Assembly (NCBI GenBank): GCA_043228905.1
Contig: JBHGNT010000018.1
Coordinates: 7,316,001 to 7,380,000 of the forward strand
DNA: 64,000 bases
From: Azolla caroliniana
Lineage: Eukaryota; Plantae; Polypodiophyta
Direction of reading: 5' to 3'
A program made the translations under genes and the position numbers. The notes under the pieces were generated by a model. That model was not told where the DNA came from and did no database searches. It was given only the letters and a program-made list of their open reading frames with translations. This document shows, one piece after another, positions 26,301-39,760 of the stretch (position 1 is the first letter of the stretch; every line of letters starts with the position of its first letter).

Positions 26301-26500
26301 TCATATCTGTGGTTCTCATGCAGGGAATCCATCTCATCCTGCATGGCACTTAACCACTTGCAGTTGTGGGTGTCTTTCTTTGTTTTCCGGCTCCCCCTCA
26401 TTGGTCAATAAAACATGCTTTGTATCCAGAAATCTCCGGGGGCCTTTCTCTCTCTTAGAGGGTATCTACGTCCCTTTCTAACTCTAATCTTCAATCGTGC
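23351..26500 (-). mobile_element. Copia 3' half (RT, RNase H, 3' LTR about 23351-23931) interrupted by a solo LTR
   Basis: RT fragments 26012-26401 and 25478-25900; RNase H 24238-24545; PPT aactccccc next to 23931. Confidence 0.85.
24546..25437 (+). mobile_element. Solo LTR (892 bp) inserted in Copia RT
   Basis: TGTCGT...ACGACA termini; flanks gcgt/gtgt; removing it restores RPDIGYAV; TATA-like ctatataagg near 25153. Confidence 0.75.
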
Positions 26501-26629
26501 CCTCGCTGAGTGTTTTTCACCACAAACAGACTATGAGCATAGTGGCCCCCATACATAAAAGGGGGGACCCCATGGACCCAAATACATATAGGACCATTAT
26601 GATAGGTCATACCCTTGCTAAATTATATG

Positions 26630-28200
26630 GTGCAGTAATGGAGGCAGACCTTGAATCTTTGTGCACCTGAACATGTTGGCTTTAGACGAGCCTTTGCTAC
26701 TATTGATCATATCTTCACACTTAGATGCTTAACTGACCAGACTAAGGATCACAAGAAGAAATTATATTGCTATTTTATGGACTTTCGCAAAGCCTTTGAC
26801 ACGGTCCCTAGAGAGTAGTTGTTTGATAGGCTTAAAAGCTTGAGGATATCCGATGACATGGTTTGGGCCATCAACGCACTATATGAACAAGTGTCTGGGT
26901 GTGTCCGATGCCCAAGTGGCCTATTGGTGTAAAACAAGGTTGCCCCCTATCAACGACCCTTTTTGGGATCTAATGGGATTTAAGATTTTATTGCTCGTAA
27001 GGGAGGCAACGGAGTAGTCCTTGGGGATACGCAAGTTCGTATCTTGCTCTATGTAGGCAACATAATTTTTCTCTCTGAATCCAAACACGACCTACAAAGG
27101 AACCTTAATGCCTCAAATGAATTTTGCACACAACAAGGATTGGTAGTGAATCTAGGGAAAACTAAAGTCCTTATCTTCCACACATTGGCCCAAGTTAGAC
27201 CTAAGTGTCACCTAACTATCTCCCATAGCCCAGTTGAGATGGTTGGATCATATGTCTATCTCGGAGTTACTTTCAGTGCCCCCTCAGGTAAATTTTTTAT
27301 GACATAGGCAACAAAGGATAGACTTACGAGAGGACATGCATCCCTCTCACGCCTAGAGAGACAATGAAATCAAGCATACTTTCAGGAGCCACAGACTAAA
27401 GGGTAGCTTTTTGACTCATTAGTGATCCCCTCCCTCATGTATGCATCAGTGGTTTGGGCTCTAGAACTATGGTAAAACCACACGATTGATAACACTTTAA
27501 TCTCTCATGAGGACCGCAATAAAGTAATACGCCAAGAAACATGGCAAATTTACACTCGGTATAAATGGATCACCCCAATAGAGCCACTCCCATCTAGAAT
27601 GTTGTACTGTAAGGAACATTTCATGCACTTCTCTAAGTTAGGTTTGATTACGCGCCCAAAATATCTAGATGTATTCTTTCCACATGCACTACGGGTTGGC
27701 ATTGGACAACTCAGAATATTATCTCACCAACTTGAAATTGAGAATGGTTGTACTAATGAAGTCCCTAGGGAGGAAAGGATATGTAGGTTATGCCACATAG
27801 AGATAGAGGTTGAGTACCACTTTACATGCAAGTGCCCAACCTATGCCGAGATAAGGGGAAAATACCAAGACAAAATTGGTTCCTTTCCCACCCTCCCCAA
27901 ACTATTAGATACTCTAGATATAAAGAAATTAGGGAGATACATCCTAGAGCTAAAACAATAGAGACAGAATAAGTTACAAAATGTTGACAATAATGTTGCT
28001 AATGTTCACCAACATGTAACAAATGAAGTTTTTCAGGAACAAGGGGAGACAATGAATGTCGACACACTTGCACCACTCGGCCTTTTACTTGATGAAGCAG
28101 AAAACCAAAGAAGAACCAAACACCCTCGGATGTCGGGTTTCAAAGCAACTGTGAGCTACACTGCCTAGAAGCCATGGTTAGGGCACTCTCTACACTGGGA
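26630..28200 (+). mobile_element. Degenerate LINE (RTE/RTEX-like) 3' portion
   Basis: DFRKAFD, GVKQGCPLS, YVYLG motifs; C-terminal LSHQLEIE...RICRLC...EYHFTCKC zinc-binding motif (27599-27961). Confidence 0.8.
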
Positions 28201-29039
28201 CCACGGGTCTCACCCACACCAAAACCCTTTGGCCTCCCACTTCTTTTCGAGAGGCTTGGATGCAAATGAAATTAGGCTTAGTGCAAAGTCATTTCCTTTA
28301 TCGAATCTACCACGTTTTGTACACTACTAGAACTCTTTTAACATAAGTTTTATTTTATTTTTAGTTTTGATGATTGGATAAATACCCATTTTGTTGTAAA
28401 CCAGCTGTCTCATGGGCCAATATTTCTAGGGGAGCTCTAATATTTAAGTCGGATTTTCTTGACTAGTCTCTCATCTTGATGTTCCATAGACCTAATAGGA
28501 AAATTTAAGGAACATTGCTACATTAATTTCTCCTAAAAGTTTTAAGTTGGTCACTGATTTTATGAATTTAATGTTTATTTAATACAAAAACTAGCTATTT
28601 TACACAATATAAATGTAAAATTTTCAATTTTTGAGGTATCCTTTTCTTCTACGTTTATGCCTCTAACGTCTTGTTTTTAGGCTTTTTGACGTCTAAAGTC
28701 AATAAAATGTATTGAGTTGGGAGAGTTTGTTCCCAAACTCGATACATTGTATCCAGTTGGCGCCCCAACTAGATACACTATATCACTGTATACACAACAA
28801 CCCTACACCCAAATTTGAAAAACGTCCGTATAGTTAGGGTAGACGAGACCTACTTGGACTCTGACCTCGCAGTCTTCTTACTGGACATGGTAAGGAGTTG
28901 TGTGTTGAATTAGGGGATCGTGTGTGTGTGGGGTGTTGGTGCTCATTTGTGTATGCGTTGTTTATGCGCTCGTGCATTTTTGTGTTTTGTGTGCGTTGAA
29001 AATGAGGAGGTCTCCCTTTTTATAGGGAATAGGTAGGGT

Positions 29040-29312
29040 TATTTAACTCCAACTATGGTTATAACTAACTCAAGCCAAACTAACTATAACTAACTAGTAA
29101 GAAGTGACATAATACTAACTATAACTATGTTTTAACTATTATAACTATGAACTAACTAGTAACTAGTACTAACCCTATAACTAACTTATGCTCGTAACTA
29201 AATACAACTAAGTTTTGACCCTAACTAACCCTATAACTAACATTAATCCTATAACTAATTATAACTAAATTTATTAATATTTGACCCATTAATATCTATA
29301 ACTAACTATAGT
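29040..29312. repeat. AT-rich degenerate tandem repeat (ctataactaa-type)
   Basis: Many taactaa/ctataact units. Confidence 0.6.
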
Positions 29313-29422
29313 TAAAATTTGAGCATTTACAAATGAATGCTACTTATATAACCAAGTATTGTATACACTTTCATTTGTTATATGCTTTGTTATATTGATC
29401 AAGACCACCTCTATTGAGCTTT

Positions 29423-29463
29423 TGTAAACGTAAGTGTTTGCGGAAGCGTAAAACAGAGAACAC

Positions 29464-29509
<46 letters not shown>

Positions 29510-32500
29510 ACAATTTCAAAATTATATGAAGACGCCCTCCATACACACTGTGCTAAGTAGCACTATTTATACAAGTCCTCTTGGGACTGACAGAAGTACC
29601 ATGTACTTCAATGCTCACACGAGCATCTGACACTTACTACGAGACTATAGCTACCTAGTAGTCTATCCTATACTAGGCTTCCGATTGGACTTCGGGTTAC
29701 GGATTGCACCCGGCCTCCACTGCTTGCCAGTTCGGTTGCTCACCGTCATACCGATCCGATTCGCTTACCGGCTCCGGCTTATTCAGCCGATCCGGCTCCG
29801 GTTGAGCTTGCCGCTCAACACTCCCCCTCAAGCTCAACCTGAGGTGGGGTCGTAGTGTCGACCTCTGTGGCAGTCGGTTCTTCCAACCGACTTCTCCTGG
29901 CGTCACTCCGCCTTGCTCGCGCTCCTCGTCCGGTCCGGTCCCGTTTGCCGCGACCCCTTTGGTTCTGCGCGCCTCGACCCTCTCGGTCGGCATGTCTGCT
30001 CAATAGGCCCATCTCAGCACTCACGTTGCTGTGACTCCGGCGCTTGCCGATCCGTCGGTTCTCCCATGATGGCATCGACTTCCGCTGTGTCCGTGTCCCC
30101 TTGGCCTTCAGTCGATCCGACTCATCCGGATCCATCTGTTGATCCGAGTCAGCTGTCTCCGACTCGTTCCAGCTCTTGTCCGAATCGGTACACTCCGATT
30201 CGACTTCCGGCTTCAGGCCTCTCACCACATCGGACCACTTCCGAGTCTTGGCCTTCTCCATGCTTCCCTCGGCTTCTTCAGCCGGTGAACAGAAATCGAA
30301 TTCTTCATTCAACTCCGCATCATGGTCAGTACCGTCGTGATGACCTCCGCACAACATGCACTTCTCTTCTTCACAGCCGCTTGCTCTGACTTGTTCGGAT
30401 GTGTCGACTTCCTTCGTCGACTCGGCTTCCTTCATCTTCTTGTCTCTTCTTCTTCCGGCTCTCCTCTTACCGACGGGTTCAACGGTTTTTTGGCCTTTGC
30501 CCGTTTCGGTAGAGACTTTGCCGTTGCTTCTCCCCCTCAAGTGCGGCACGTCGAGATGCTGAATACCAAGCATGTCGGTAAAGTGTTGCAACTTGTCTGA
30601 TCCGAGTGGCTTGGTGAAGATGTCGGCAACTTGCCGATCTGTATGAACACACTGTAGGTCAACTTCACCGCTCAGGACCCGCTTACGCACGAAGTGGTAG
30701 TGCACCTCGATGTGCTTTGTGCGAGCATGGAACACAAGGTTCCTGGCGAGCTGCAGGCTGCTCATGTTATCGCAGTAAATCGGGATCGGGGTCGGTACCT
30801 TGATCCGCAAGTCTCGCAGCAGTCGCCGAAGCCAGATGGCTTCACAAGTGGCAACGATAGCGGCCCGGTACTCAGCCTTAGTGCTTGACAAAGCCACTGT
30901 GGGCTGCTTCTTGCTGCTCCACGCAACGGCCGCGCTACCTATGGAGAACATGTATCCGGAAGTGGAGCGGTGATCAGACGCATCGCCGGCCCAGTCAACA
31001 TATGTGTAACCGACAAGCTCTTCGGGTATACCTCACCGGTATAGTAGTCCCCGGTCCTTAGTGCCGCTGCCATACCGTAATATTCGTTGCGCGCACTGAA
31101 GGTGCTCCACGGTCGGCTTCTGCATGAACTGACTTACCATGCCAACCAGATAGCTGATGTCGGGTCGGGTGATGGTTAAGTAGATCAGGCTTCCGACAAC
31201 CTGTCGGAACCGTTTCTCATTGCAGGCCGGTCCGGAGTTGGGACAGAGCTTTTGGTTCCGGTCCAAGGGTGTGGAGACAGGTCGGCAATCCTTCATGCCG
31301 AACTTATACAGCATATTTAACACGTAATGTCGTTGTGAGAGCAATATGCCGTCGAGGGTCCGGATCACTTTGATCCCAACAAAATAATGAAGGTCCCCCA
31401 AGTCCTTCATTTCGAATGCGTCCGACAACTGGGACTTGTCGTAGTTGATTTCGGGAAGACCCGGTCCGGTGATGACTAAATCATCCACATACAAGAGTAT
31501 ACATACCGGACCGTCAGAGCCTTGCCGGATGAACAACGAAGAGTCCGACTTAGAGACAACAAACCCCAGCTTACGCAACCGGTGTGTGATTTTCGCGTTC
31601 CAAGCTCGGGGGGCTTGCTTCAAGCCGTAAAGCGACTTCTTCAGTCGGCATACCACCGACTTGTTCATCTCCGATTGAAATCTGGGGGGCTGAGTCATAA
31701 AGAATTCTTCTTCAAGCTCTCCTTGAAGGAAGGCGTTCTTCACATCTATCTGGTGAAGATGCCACCCCCTTGCCGCAGCAACCGCCAATACCACACGAAC
31801 TGTCGTCATCTTCGCCACAGGAGCGAAGGTCTCGTCGTAGTCGATTCCGTGGGTCTGCGCGTATCCCTTCGCCACTAACCGGGCTTTGTACCGGTTAACA
31901 GAACCGTCGGCGTTGTACTTGACCTTGTACACCCACTTGCATCCGATCGGTTTACAGTGACGGGGAGGATCAACTAGGTCCCAAGTTTCGTTGGCATCGA
32001 GTGCCCGCATTTCTTAGTCCATAGCGGCACGCCAGTTTGCGTCCTTCGCCGCTTCTATGTAGCTCTCCGGCTCACGCACTTCTGTCACCCTAGTCATGTA
32101 CGCGTAATGATGCGCCATGTATTCATTGTACCCGTATCGCATGACGGGATCCTTCTGGCGGGTTGATCGGCGCAACGCACCGTCACCTGATTTGAGGCCC
32201 TTCTTGGCCAGTTCGGTCTTCATTGCCGAAGATCCGCCTTTCTCCTTTCCGGAGTCGGATACGCACCGATCCGACTCATCGTTACCGGTTTCGAATTCCG
32301 GCATCTTCCTCTTCCCCTTCTCTTTGCGCGTGAACCGTTTCCTCGGTTCCTTGCACGGGGAGAGCACGACAGAGTCTCCACCACTTGCCGTCTCTTCATC
32401 CGACTGGTCCAACCGACTCAGTCGCTCGTTCGGTCCACTCAACCGTAACGATTCCGAACTCTCATCTTGAGTCCCGACTTCATCATCCTCTGCCAGAGCT

Positions 32501-35163
32501 GATTCAGGCTCACTAGCCTGATCTTCCAACATTGGGTCGGGATCGAAAGTTGGAGTCGGTACGGAGTACCAGGATGCCGATTCATCGAACTCGACATCCC
32601 GGCTAACTCGGACTTCCTTCGTCCGGGGGTTATAGCACTTATACCCCTTTTGCTCTTGAGCATAGCCGACTAGGATACATTTTTCCTATTTTGCATCCAG
32701 CTTTCTCCGCTTCTGATCCGGCACATGCACATACGCTATGCTGCCGAATATCCGAAGGTGTCTTAAGTTCGGCTTGCGCCCGAAATACAGCTCATGAGCT
32801 GACACCTTGTCACCAATTCGGTTTTGTATGTAGAAGATCGTACGGACCGCCTCCGCCCATTAGAACCAGGGCATGCTCTTCTCCTCCAGCATTGCCCTTG
32901 CTGCTTCAACGAGTGTCCGGTTCTTCCTTTCGGCCACACCGTTTTGCTCCGGTGTGTATCTGCAACTGAACTCTCACCGAATTCCCTTCTGCTGCAGATA
33001 ACTAGTGAATTGGCCGGAAAAATATTCCTTTCCGCCATCCGACCGAAGGCATTTGATCTTCCTCTCCGATTCCCGTTCCACCATCTTCTGGAGGCTCTGG
33101 AAACAGTCGAAGACTTCTCTCTTCCGCTCAATGACGTAGATCCAAGTATATCGAGTATAGTCGTCGATGAAGGAGACGAAGTATCGGCTCCCGCCAAGGC
33201 TTAGACTTTGTGCCGGTCCCCACACACCCGAATGGATGAGATCGAGCTTGTTACGACTCCGGTTCCGTTCGGTGGGGAGTGGAAGCCGGTGTTGCTTCCC
33301 AAGTTGGCAGGCTTCACAAATTTCGGCTCTCCGGCCGCTAAACTTCGGCAAACCGAAAACGACTTGTTTCATTTGCAGGTCTTGAAGCCTCCGGTAGTTG
33401 ATGTGGCCTATCTGCTTGTGCCACAGGTCGATGACCTGCATCCCCTGGTCGACAATCTGACCGACGGACACCAGGTTCTTTGTGATTGTCGGAACGTGTA
33501 ATACGTTCATCAGCTTCCCTTTCTGTCCGACGTGGCTTAGAGGGACTTCTCCGACGTGCACGATTGGGTGAGGAGTGTCGTCTCCGGTTTCGACTACTCC
33601 TAGTTGATCCGGTTTCTCCAGTAAGGAGAACCACTCTTTGTGGCTCGTCATGTGGTTCGACGCGCCGGAATCAACATACCACACTTCCTCCGTTTTGGAA
33701 GTGGTGTTCTTCATTGAGTTTGCCTTGTGATTCATCACCAGGGCTGGCCCCTTACCGGCCTTTCTGGTTCCGGATTCTCCTGATCTGTTTGCGTAGTGCG
33801 AGTTTTGTCAGCCATCCTTACCGGTCTTGCCGGATCCGGATTTGTCCGAATCGGCACTCTTTCTCCAGCACTCGCTTTCCCTGTGGCCTTTTTTGCCTAG
33901 TACCAGCATTCCATAGCGGATTTGTCTTGCCGGCCTCCGGCACCGCCTTGACCCCCCCTGCTTGTGGAAGTCCCGGAACTGTTGTCTGCACGCTCATAGT
34001 GCCTCCATTCCTGCTCTTGCCGGCCGCCTCCATTGCGTGCCGACCCACCTCTTCGACCATGCCCACGGAGCCGATCCGTTCCCGTGTACAACATTCGGTT
34101 GTCCGGGGATGCACTGGTAGATGCACCGGCGTGGTTCTCCTCTACAAGGAGCATCGACCGTAAGTCGAAGAATGAGGGGGTATTCTCCCTTGTACACACC
34201 GCAGTCCGGAACGCTCCGAACTTGGACGCTAGGCCTCCGAGACATACATGCACCATCTCGTCTTCCTCTATGGTAACATTGATAGAGGCGAGCGAGTCGC
34301 AGATCTCCTTTATCCGGCCCGTGTAGTCTGCCACAGACATGTTCTTCTGTCGAACATTGCTCAACTCCTGTCTGAGCTGCAGCTTTCGGGCAGTGGTGCT
34401 TGCGGCGAAAACCTTTTTTAGGTTCCCCCAAGCATCCTTCGGTGTCTTGGCGTCACGGATGTGGCTGAGCAGCTGATCGCCGACACTGGACGCGAAGTAG
34501 TACATCACCCTACTTGCCACCTGTTCCCATACTGGGAAGTCCTTGTGTGCCGAGTCGGGCGCCGCATCATTCGCTCCTTCGACATAACTCCAGTACCCGT
34601 GTCCAAGTAGGTACTGGTGCATCTTGTAAGACCAGGATGCGTAGTTGCTCCTTTCGAGCTTCTCCACCGGGAGCGACGTAGCCATGCCTCTATCCATGTC
34701 TTCTACAATGTCTGTTTTCGACTTGTTAGGGTTTTCTTCTCAACAGTAAATGTCTGCAACAGAGGTTCTCAACCCTCGCGCTCTGATACCATGTAAACGT
34801 AAGTGTTTGCGGAAGCGTAAAACAGAGAACACCACAGAGAGAGAGAGAGAGCACAATTTCAAAATTATATGAAGACGCCCTCCATACACACTGTGCTAAG
34901 TAGCACTATTTATACAAGTCCTCTTGGGACTGACAGAAGTACCATGTACTTCAATGCTCACACGAGCATCTGACACTTACTACGAGACTATAGCTACCTA
35001 GTAGTCTATCCTATACTAGGCTTCCGATTGGACTTCGGGTTACGGATTGCACCCGGCCTCCACTGCTTGCCGGTTCGGTTGCTCACCGTCATACCGATCC
35101 GATTCGCTTACCGGCTCTGGCTTATTCAGCCGATCCGGCTCCGGTTGAGCTTGCCGCTCAACA
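29423..35163 (-). mobile_element. Structurally complete, young Ty1/Copia element; 5' LTR 34792-35163, 3' LTR 29423-29820
   Basis: TG...CA LTRs nearly identical apart from GA-microsatellite length; perfect GCTTT TSD (29418-29422, 35164-35168); PBS tRNA-iMet 34780-34791; PPT 29821-29831; gag, PR (WYVDSGASNHM), INT, RT (LLYVDDL), RNase H. Confidence 0.97.
29815..34697 (-). pseudogene. Copia gag-pol broken by stops, frameshifts and an in-frame deletion; carries a long charged C-terminal extension
   Basis: ORF pieces 33897-34697, 32974-33738, 32014-32532, 31033-32010, 29815-30951. Confidence 0.9.
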
Positions 35164-35217
35164 GCTTTTGTCAAAAGTTTTTTGAGAATCTACTAAACTC
35201 AATTGTTTTTGAGAAAA

Positions 35218-36395
35218 TGAGCCAGAACTCAATATTTTCCGTCGACGAATATCTTGTGTCGATAGGTTCATCATTTTCTATGGAGGAATATTACTTTAGT
35301 GCCCCCTCTTCTCTGACTCCACAAAGTAATGGGCTCTCTCATGAGTTCTCCATTGATGAGTACCACTACGATGAAGAATCGACTAATGAAGGGAATGTCA
35401 TTGAAGATGCTACAAGTGTTATGGGTGGTGGTCAATCTTATGTTCACGATCAAAATGAGACACCAAATGTAAGTGTAAAAGAAATCTAGCCAGCAAGCCC
35501 TATGCATTTTCGGCGTGTTCCACACCAAAACAACCGAGATAGTTTTGCCCTTGTGACATCTGAGAACCAACTACGATGAAGAATCGACTAATGAAGGGAA
35601 TGTCATTGAAGATGCTACAAGTGTTATGGGTGGTGGTCAATCTTATGTTCACGATCAAAATGAGACACCAAATGTAAGTGTAAAAGAAATCTAGCCAGCA
35701 AGCCCTATGCATTTTCGGCGTGTTCCACACCAAAACAACCGAGATAGTTTTGCCCTTGTGACATCTGAGAACCAACTCAAAATTGTTGTCGGCAAAGATT
35801 GTTGTACACGTGGGTGCATGTAAGCGATTGGTAAGGATAAGTTGCGATCATTGAGGCATTACTATTTCTCTCTCACTGAAGATGAGCAAGACATAGATGC
35901 AAATGGTGAAGGACATATTGTCTAACATCAAAATCTCTTTTGAGTATTATATCTTCTATGCACTACAATGTTGTAGAGTTTCATTTAAGATTTCATTATG
36001 TGTTAGCAACTTGAGATTACAGAGAGTGAAACAACGTGTTTTAAATGGTGATCTCAATAACGATGGTGGCGATGTACCAAGTATGAAAAGTGCATCCGGA
36101 AGAAATGCAATCGCTTGGATGAAGAACTACTTCAAGCTTAATTGTGAAGTAATCCCAACTACCAGTACGTTGCATCTTTAAGATAATTACACTTGACGAG
36201 AAGTATATGATGGGCCCTATATATCGGATATGTTAATGTCTAGTGATAAATGCATCACCTACAGTCAGTTCACAAGATTGTGGTCAACAAGATTAACTAA
36301 TGTTGTTATACCTTGGAAAGTACGCATGGGGTATTGTTCAATTTGTGCAAACCTGAAGAGCGTTGTTCAAGGTGCCAAAACTATAAAGGAGAAGC
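35218..36395 (+). pseudogene. N-terminal remnant of a Sola-like DNA transposase
   Basis: CC..GC...R.YYFSL...EQD, CRVSF....VS..RL.RV and FTRLW.....VVIP...MGYCSIC motifs; truncated before the catalytic core. Confidence 0.5.
35365..35774. repeat. Apparently perfect 205-bp tandem duplication (2 copies)
   Basis: actacgatgaagaatcgact...ctgagaacca starting at 35365 and 35570. Confidence 0.9.
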
Positions 36396-38998
36396 CTACG
36401 GAGCTCGGTCAGACAACACTTCGTTTCCCAATCGATGACTGGCCTCTCAATCTTCTCTCCCCTCCTTTTATAACTTGAGGAGGTTGAGACCGTTACATCA
36501 GGTATAAAGACAATCGCTTTTCACTCAGATTGTCTCCTCGATTCTGTCACATCATATCTCTAATTCCTCTCTATACGTGTGGGGTGTAAAGTATTTTATT
36601 AAATCACTCTACCTAGTATTCAACGGACATATGTATTTACACATGTTTGTACATAAAGACTAGTTTGTGTGCATCCATGGACACCCGTTCCCGTGCTCTA
36701 TGGCTCCTTTTCTCCTAGTAGCCAGAATTCCTCATGACATCCACCCCTACCAAACCGCGTATGCTCCGACATGTGCCAGGTGGTAAAGCGGTGGGGATTC
36801 TAGCTCGCTTTTTAATCGTTCTCCCCCGATCGGTGGTCGATCCGGTCCTCGCCAGGCTCTGGCTCCTGGTTCTCATCTGTGCTTGCAGCCTCTTCCACCA
36901 GATCCGGTTTGGCCTCATGATGCTTCTTGAAGTCCTTTATCCTCTTTTCGGGAACAATTACTGCTATCCTCGTCCCCTCGAGCTCAGCTAAAAGTTATGT
37001 TGCGTTGTTGTTTATGTTTGTCACCACGTTTGGCCCGAACCATCATCGTGCGAACTTCTTGATCGACCGAAGTTGGTTTTCAAGGTTACTGTCGTAAACT
37101 AGCACCCAATCAGCTTCCTCAATCTTCTTCAGCTGGAGTCGGTGTGTCCAGTCAAACAGGCCCTCGTTATCCTCATTGTCGCACACTTAACGTCTTCTGA
37201 TCTCCGCTCGAGTTGCCGGATCCTCGCTGCCAACAGTTCCTCTTGACTCATTCCTTTTTGTCCAGTCGACCGCCAACCACAATGAGATCGTCCTTTCCAC
37301 CAGTATGACCGAACTATGCGTAGTCTGATCAGCCCATAAAACATAGGGTAGGAGTCTTGGCCAGTCGTCGACCCGTCCATTACATGTCGTCATGATCGCC
37401 TTCACTATTGGCCCATGTCCTCGCTCGACCTTCCCGTTTGCCTCCGGATTGTAGGCTGTTGTGAGGGAAAGCTTGACCTCTAGTCGATCGAATAGCTGTT
37501 CGGCTTCTTGTGCATCCAACTCCCCTCGATCAGCCACAATCTTACCCACACACCCGTATCGAAAAATCACATCGTCGATCAGGAACCGACGTAAAATTGT
37601 GGTCGTCTTATTGGTCAACGCTTGGCCTTCCACTTGGTTCGTCAGGTTTTCTCTCGCGAGCACCAGGTACCTCATGAACCCCACCCCCATCGGCATCATC
37701 ACCAGGTCGACCATCCATTTGAAGGGTGCAGCTCATCGCGGTGCCGGATTCTAGAATGCATCTGATAGCTTTCGCATGTCGTCACGAAGTGGTGCACGTC
37801 ACGATACATTCTCGGTCACTAGTATTTCTCCTTAAGCCTTTTGAACATGGCCCATGTCCCCTGATGTTCGGACCAGAGGCTCTCATGGAACTCCGAAACG
37901 AGCACTGATTGTTCCTCCTCCTTTGTCAACACCCAGAGTGGATTGCCATCTAGCGCCATCGTTCTTAGAAACATAACGATCTAGAGCCACTCTCCATTGT
38001 AGTCATTCTTGTCGAACTCGTTTAGGTCCGAAGTGCTCTGTTTGTTTGTCGACATCCGGGCCGACTCGAAGTAGTCCATGCCGACTTCTTCGCCTTTCGA
38101 TACCCTATCGTGCTTGTTCTCGAACCAGGCCCTCCATAGCATATTGGCCATGTCGTTGTCCTTTCTAAAGATGTGTTGTATCTCCAGATTCAGGGACTTG
38201 TTGTACACGATCCACTTGAGCATCGTGAGGTCTAGAGTCGCGCATCCGGAAACCATACCAAGAATTGGTAGGCAGACCGTCTCTATGATTACCTGCATCC
38301 CAATTAAATAATCTTTATCAGCCTTGACCCCCGAAACGATACCCCATAATTCTCATTTAACTTGGGCGTATCCTTGTTGTCGCTCACTTAATACCTTCGC
38401 ACCGAACCAGATGGGGTACCGTGTGCTGGTTTCGTTCTCCTAATTGATCACCCACCCGATTTCGGTTGGACTTGTGTCGACCTTCATGTAAACCAGGGTG
38501 TTCGCCTTGTACCCTGCTTTCCGGATAGCCAATGCCACCGTCATCATCTCCTTCCGTCTCCGGACCGCCTCCTTGTGCTCGTCGCCCCACGCGAATATCT
38601 GGCCTTCATTCAACAAGCCACAGACCAGCTCAACAATATGCACATAGTGCGAAATCCAAATGTGGTAGAAGACCCACGCTCCCAAGAACCATTAGACCTG
38701 GACCTCCATGACTGACATGCACTCTTCTTTCATCGTTGTGATGGCTTCTACCTTTGCCGAAGACGATTTCCGTCCATACGATCTGCATAGGTGACCAACC
38801 ACCAGGATCTCCAATTGTCCGAAAGTTGAGCGCCCTCAAGCCTTTGCAATACCTGGTCCGCAACCAACTTTCAACATCCATCTGCTCTGATAGATATGTC
38901 CTTCATGTCCTCCAGACATCCCTCTTGATCAAGATGTTGTCCAAGAACGGCATGGTGATATCTGGGATGCAGTGCCTCAACACTTTGTTCATTGTATT

Positions 38999-39760
38999 TG
39001 TTGGGATTACGGTCCCTCCGGATGGGATGTCCGGAGATGAATGACGGCAAGCCCGGTTGCGGTTACGGAACCGGATGATGAAGACCCCGGTTACGGAGCC
39101 GGATGATGAAGACCCCGGTTACGGAGCCGGATGATGAAGACCCCGGTTACGGAACCGGATGATGAAGACCCCGGTTACGGAGCCGGATGATGAAGACCCC
39201 GGTTACGGAGCCGGATGATGAAGACCCCGGTTACGGAGCCGGATGATGAAGACCCCGGTTACGGAACCGGATGATGAATGTACCCGGAGAGAGATCCGGA
39301 TGCGGAGACATATTTGTGAATATGTTTGCCAAGAGCCCTTGAGGCTATATTTGTAAATAGCCCGAAAGTCATATGTGTATAAATATGACTTAGGGCAAAC
39401 AGTTTTACGTTGTTGTTGCTCATTTTCTGTTTTTCCACTTAGAGGGAGCGAAGTGAGAGCAGCCGAGAGAGAGAGAGAGAGAGAGAGAAACGAAGAGGTC
39501 GACGCCTCTGTGTAATACCGCCGCCTGTGGCGAGGACAGCGAGCTCAAGGTCGTCGCCTTGCAGCTCGCCATTGTATGTTCCAGTGTATAGTGGTAGTTG
39601 GAGTCGTGCACTCCCGTGGTTTTTCCCGTTTAGGGTTTTCCACGTTATACCCTGTGTATTCATCTCTCTGTGTCTTTGTTTTTATTTTTCTGCTGCATTG
39701 ATCCGTGTTGTCTCGGTTGTGGCCGAGAGGCGAAAGATTTGATAGCGTCAATTCTTTACA
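38999..39760 (+). mobile_element. Copia-family solo LTR (762 bp) inserted in Gypsy RT
   Basis: TG...CA termini; perfect GTATT TSD (38994-38998, 39761-39765). Confidence 0.9.
39061..39278. repeat. 28-bp tandem repeat, about 8 copies, in the solo LTR U3
   Basis: ggttacgga(g/a)ccggatgatgaagacccc with period 28. Confidence 0.95.

Noticed and set aside
29913-34326. Plus-strand ORFs antisense to Copia pol as extra genes
   Set aside because: Shadow ORFs of a GC-rich coding strand with no recognisable motifs and no consistent conservation in sister copies
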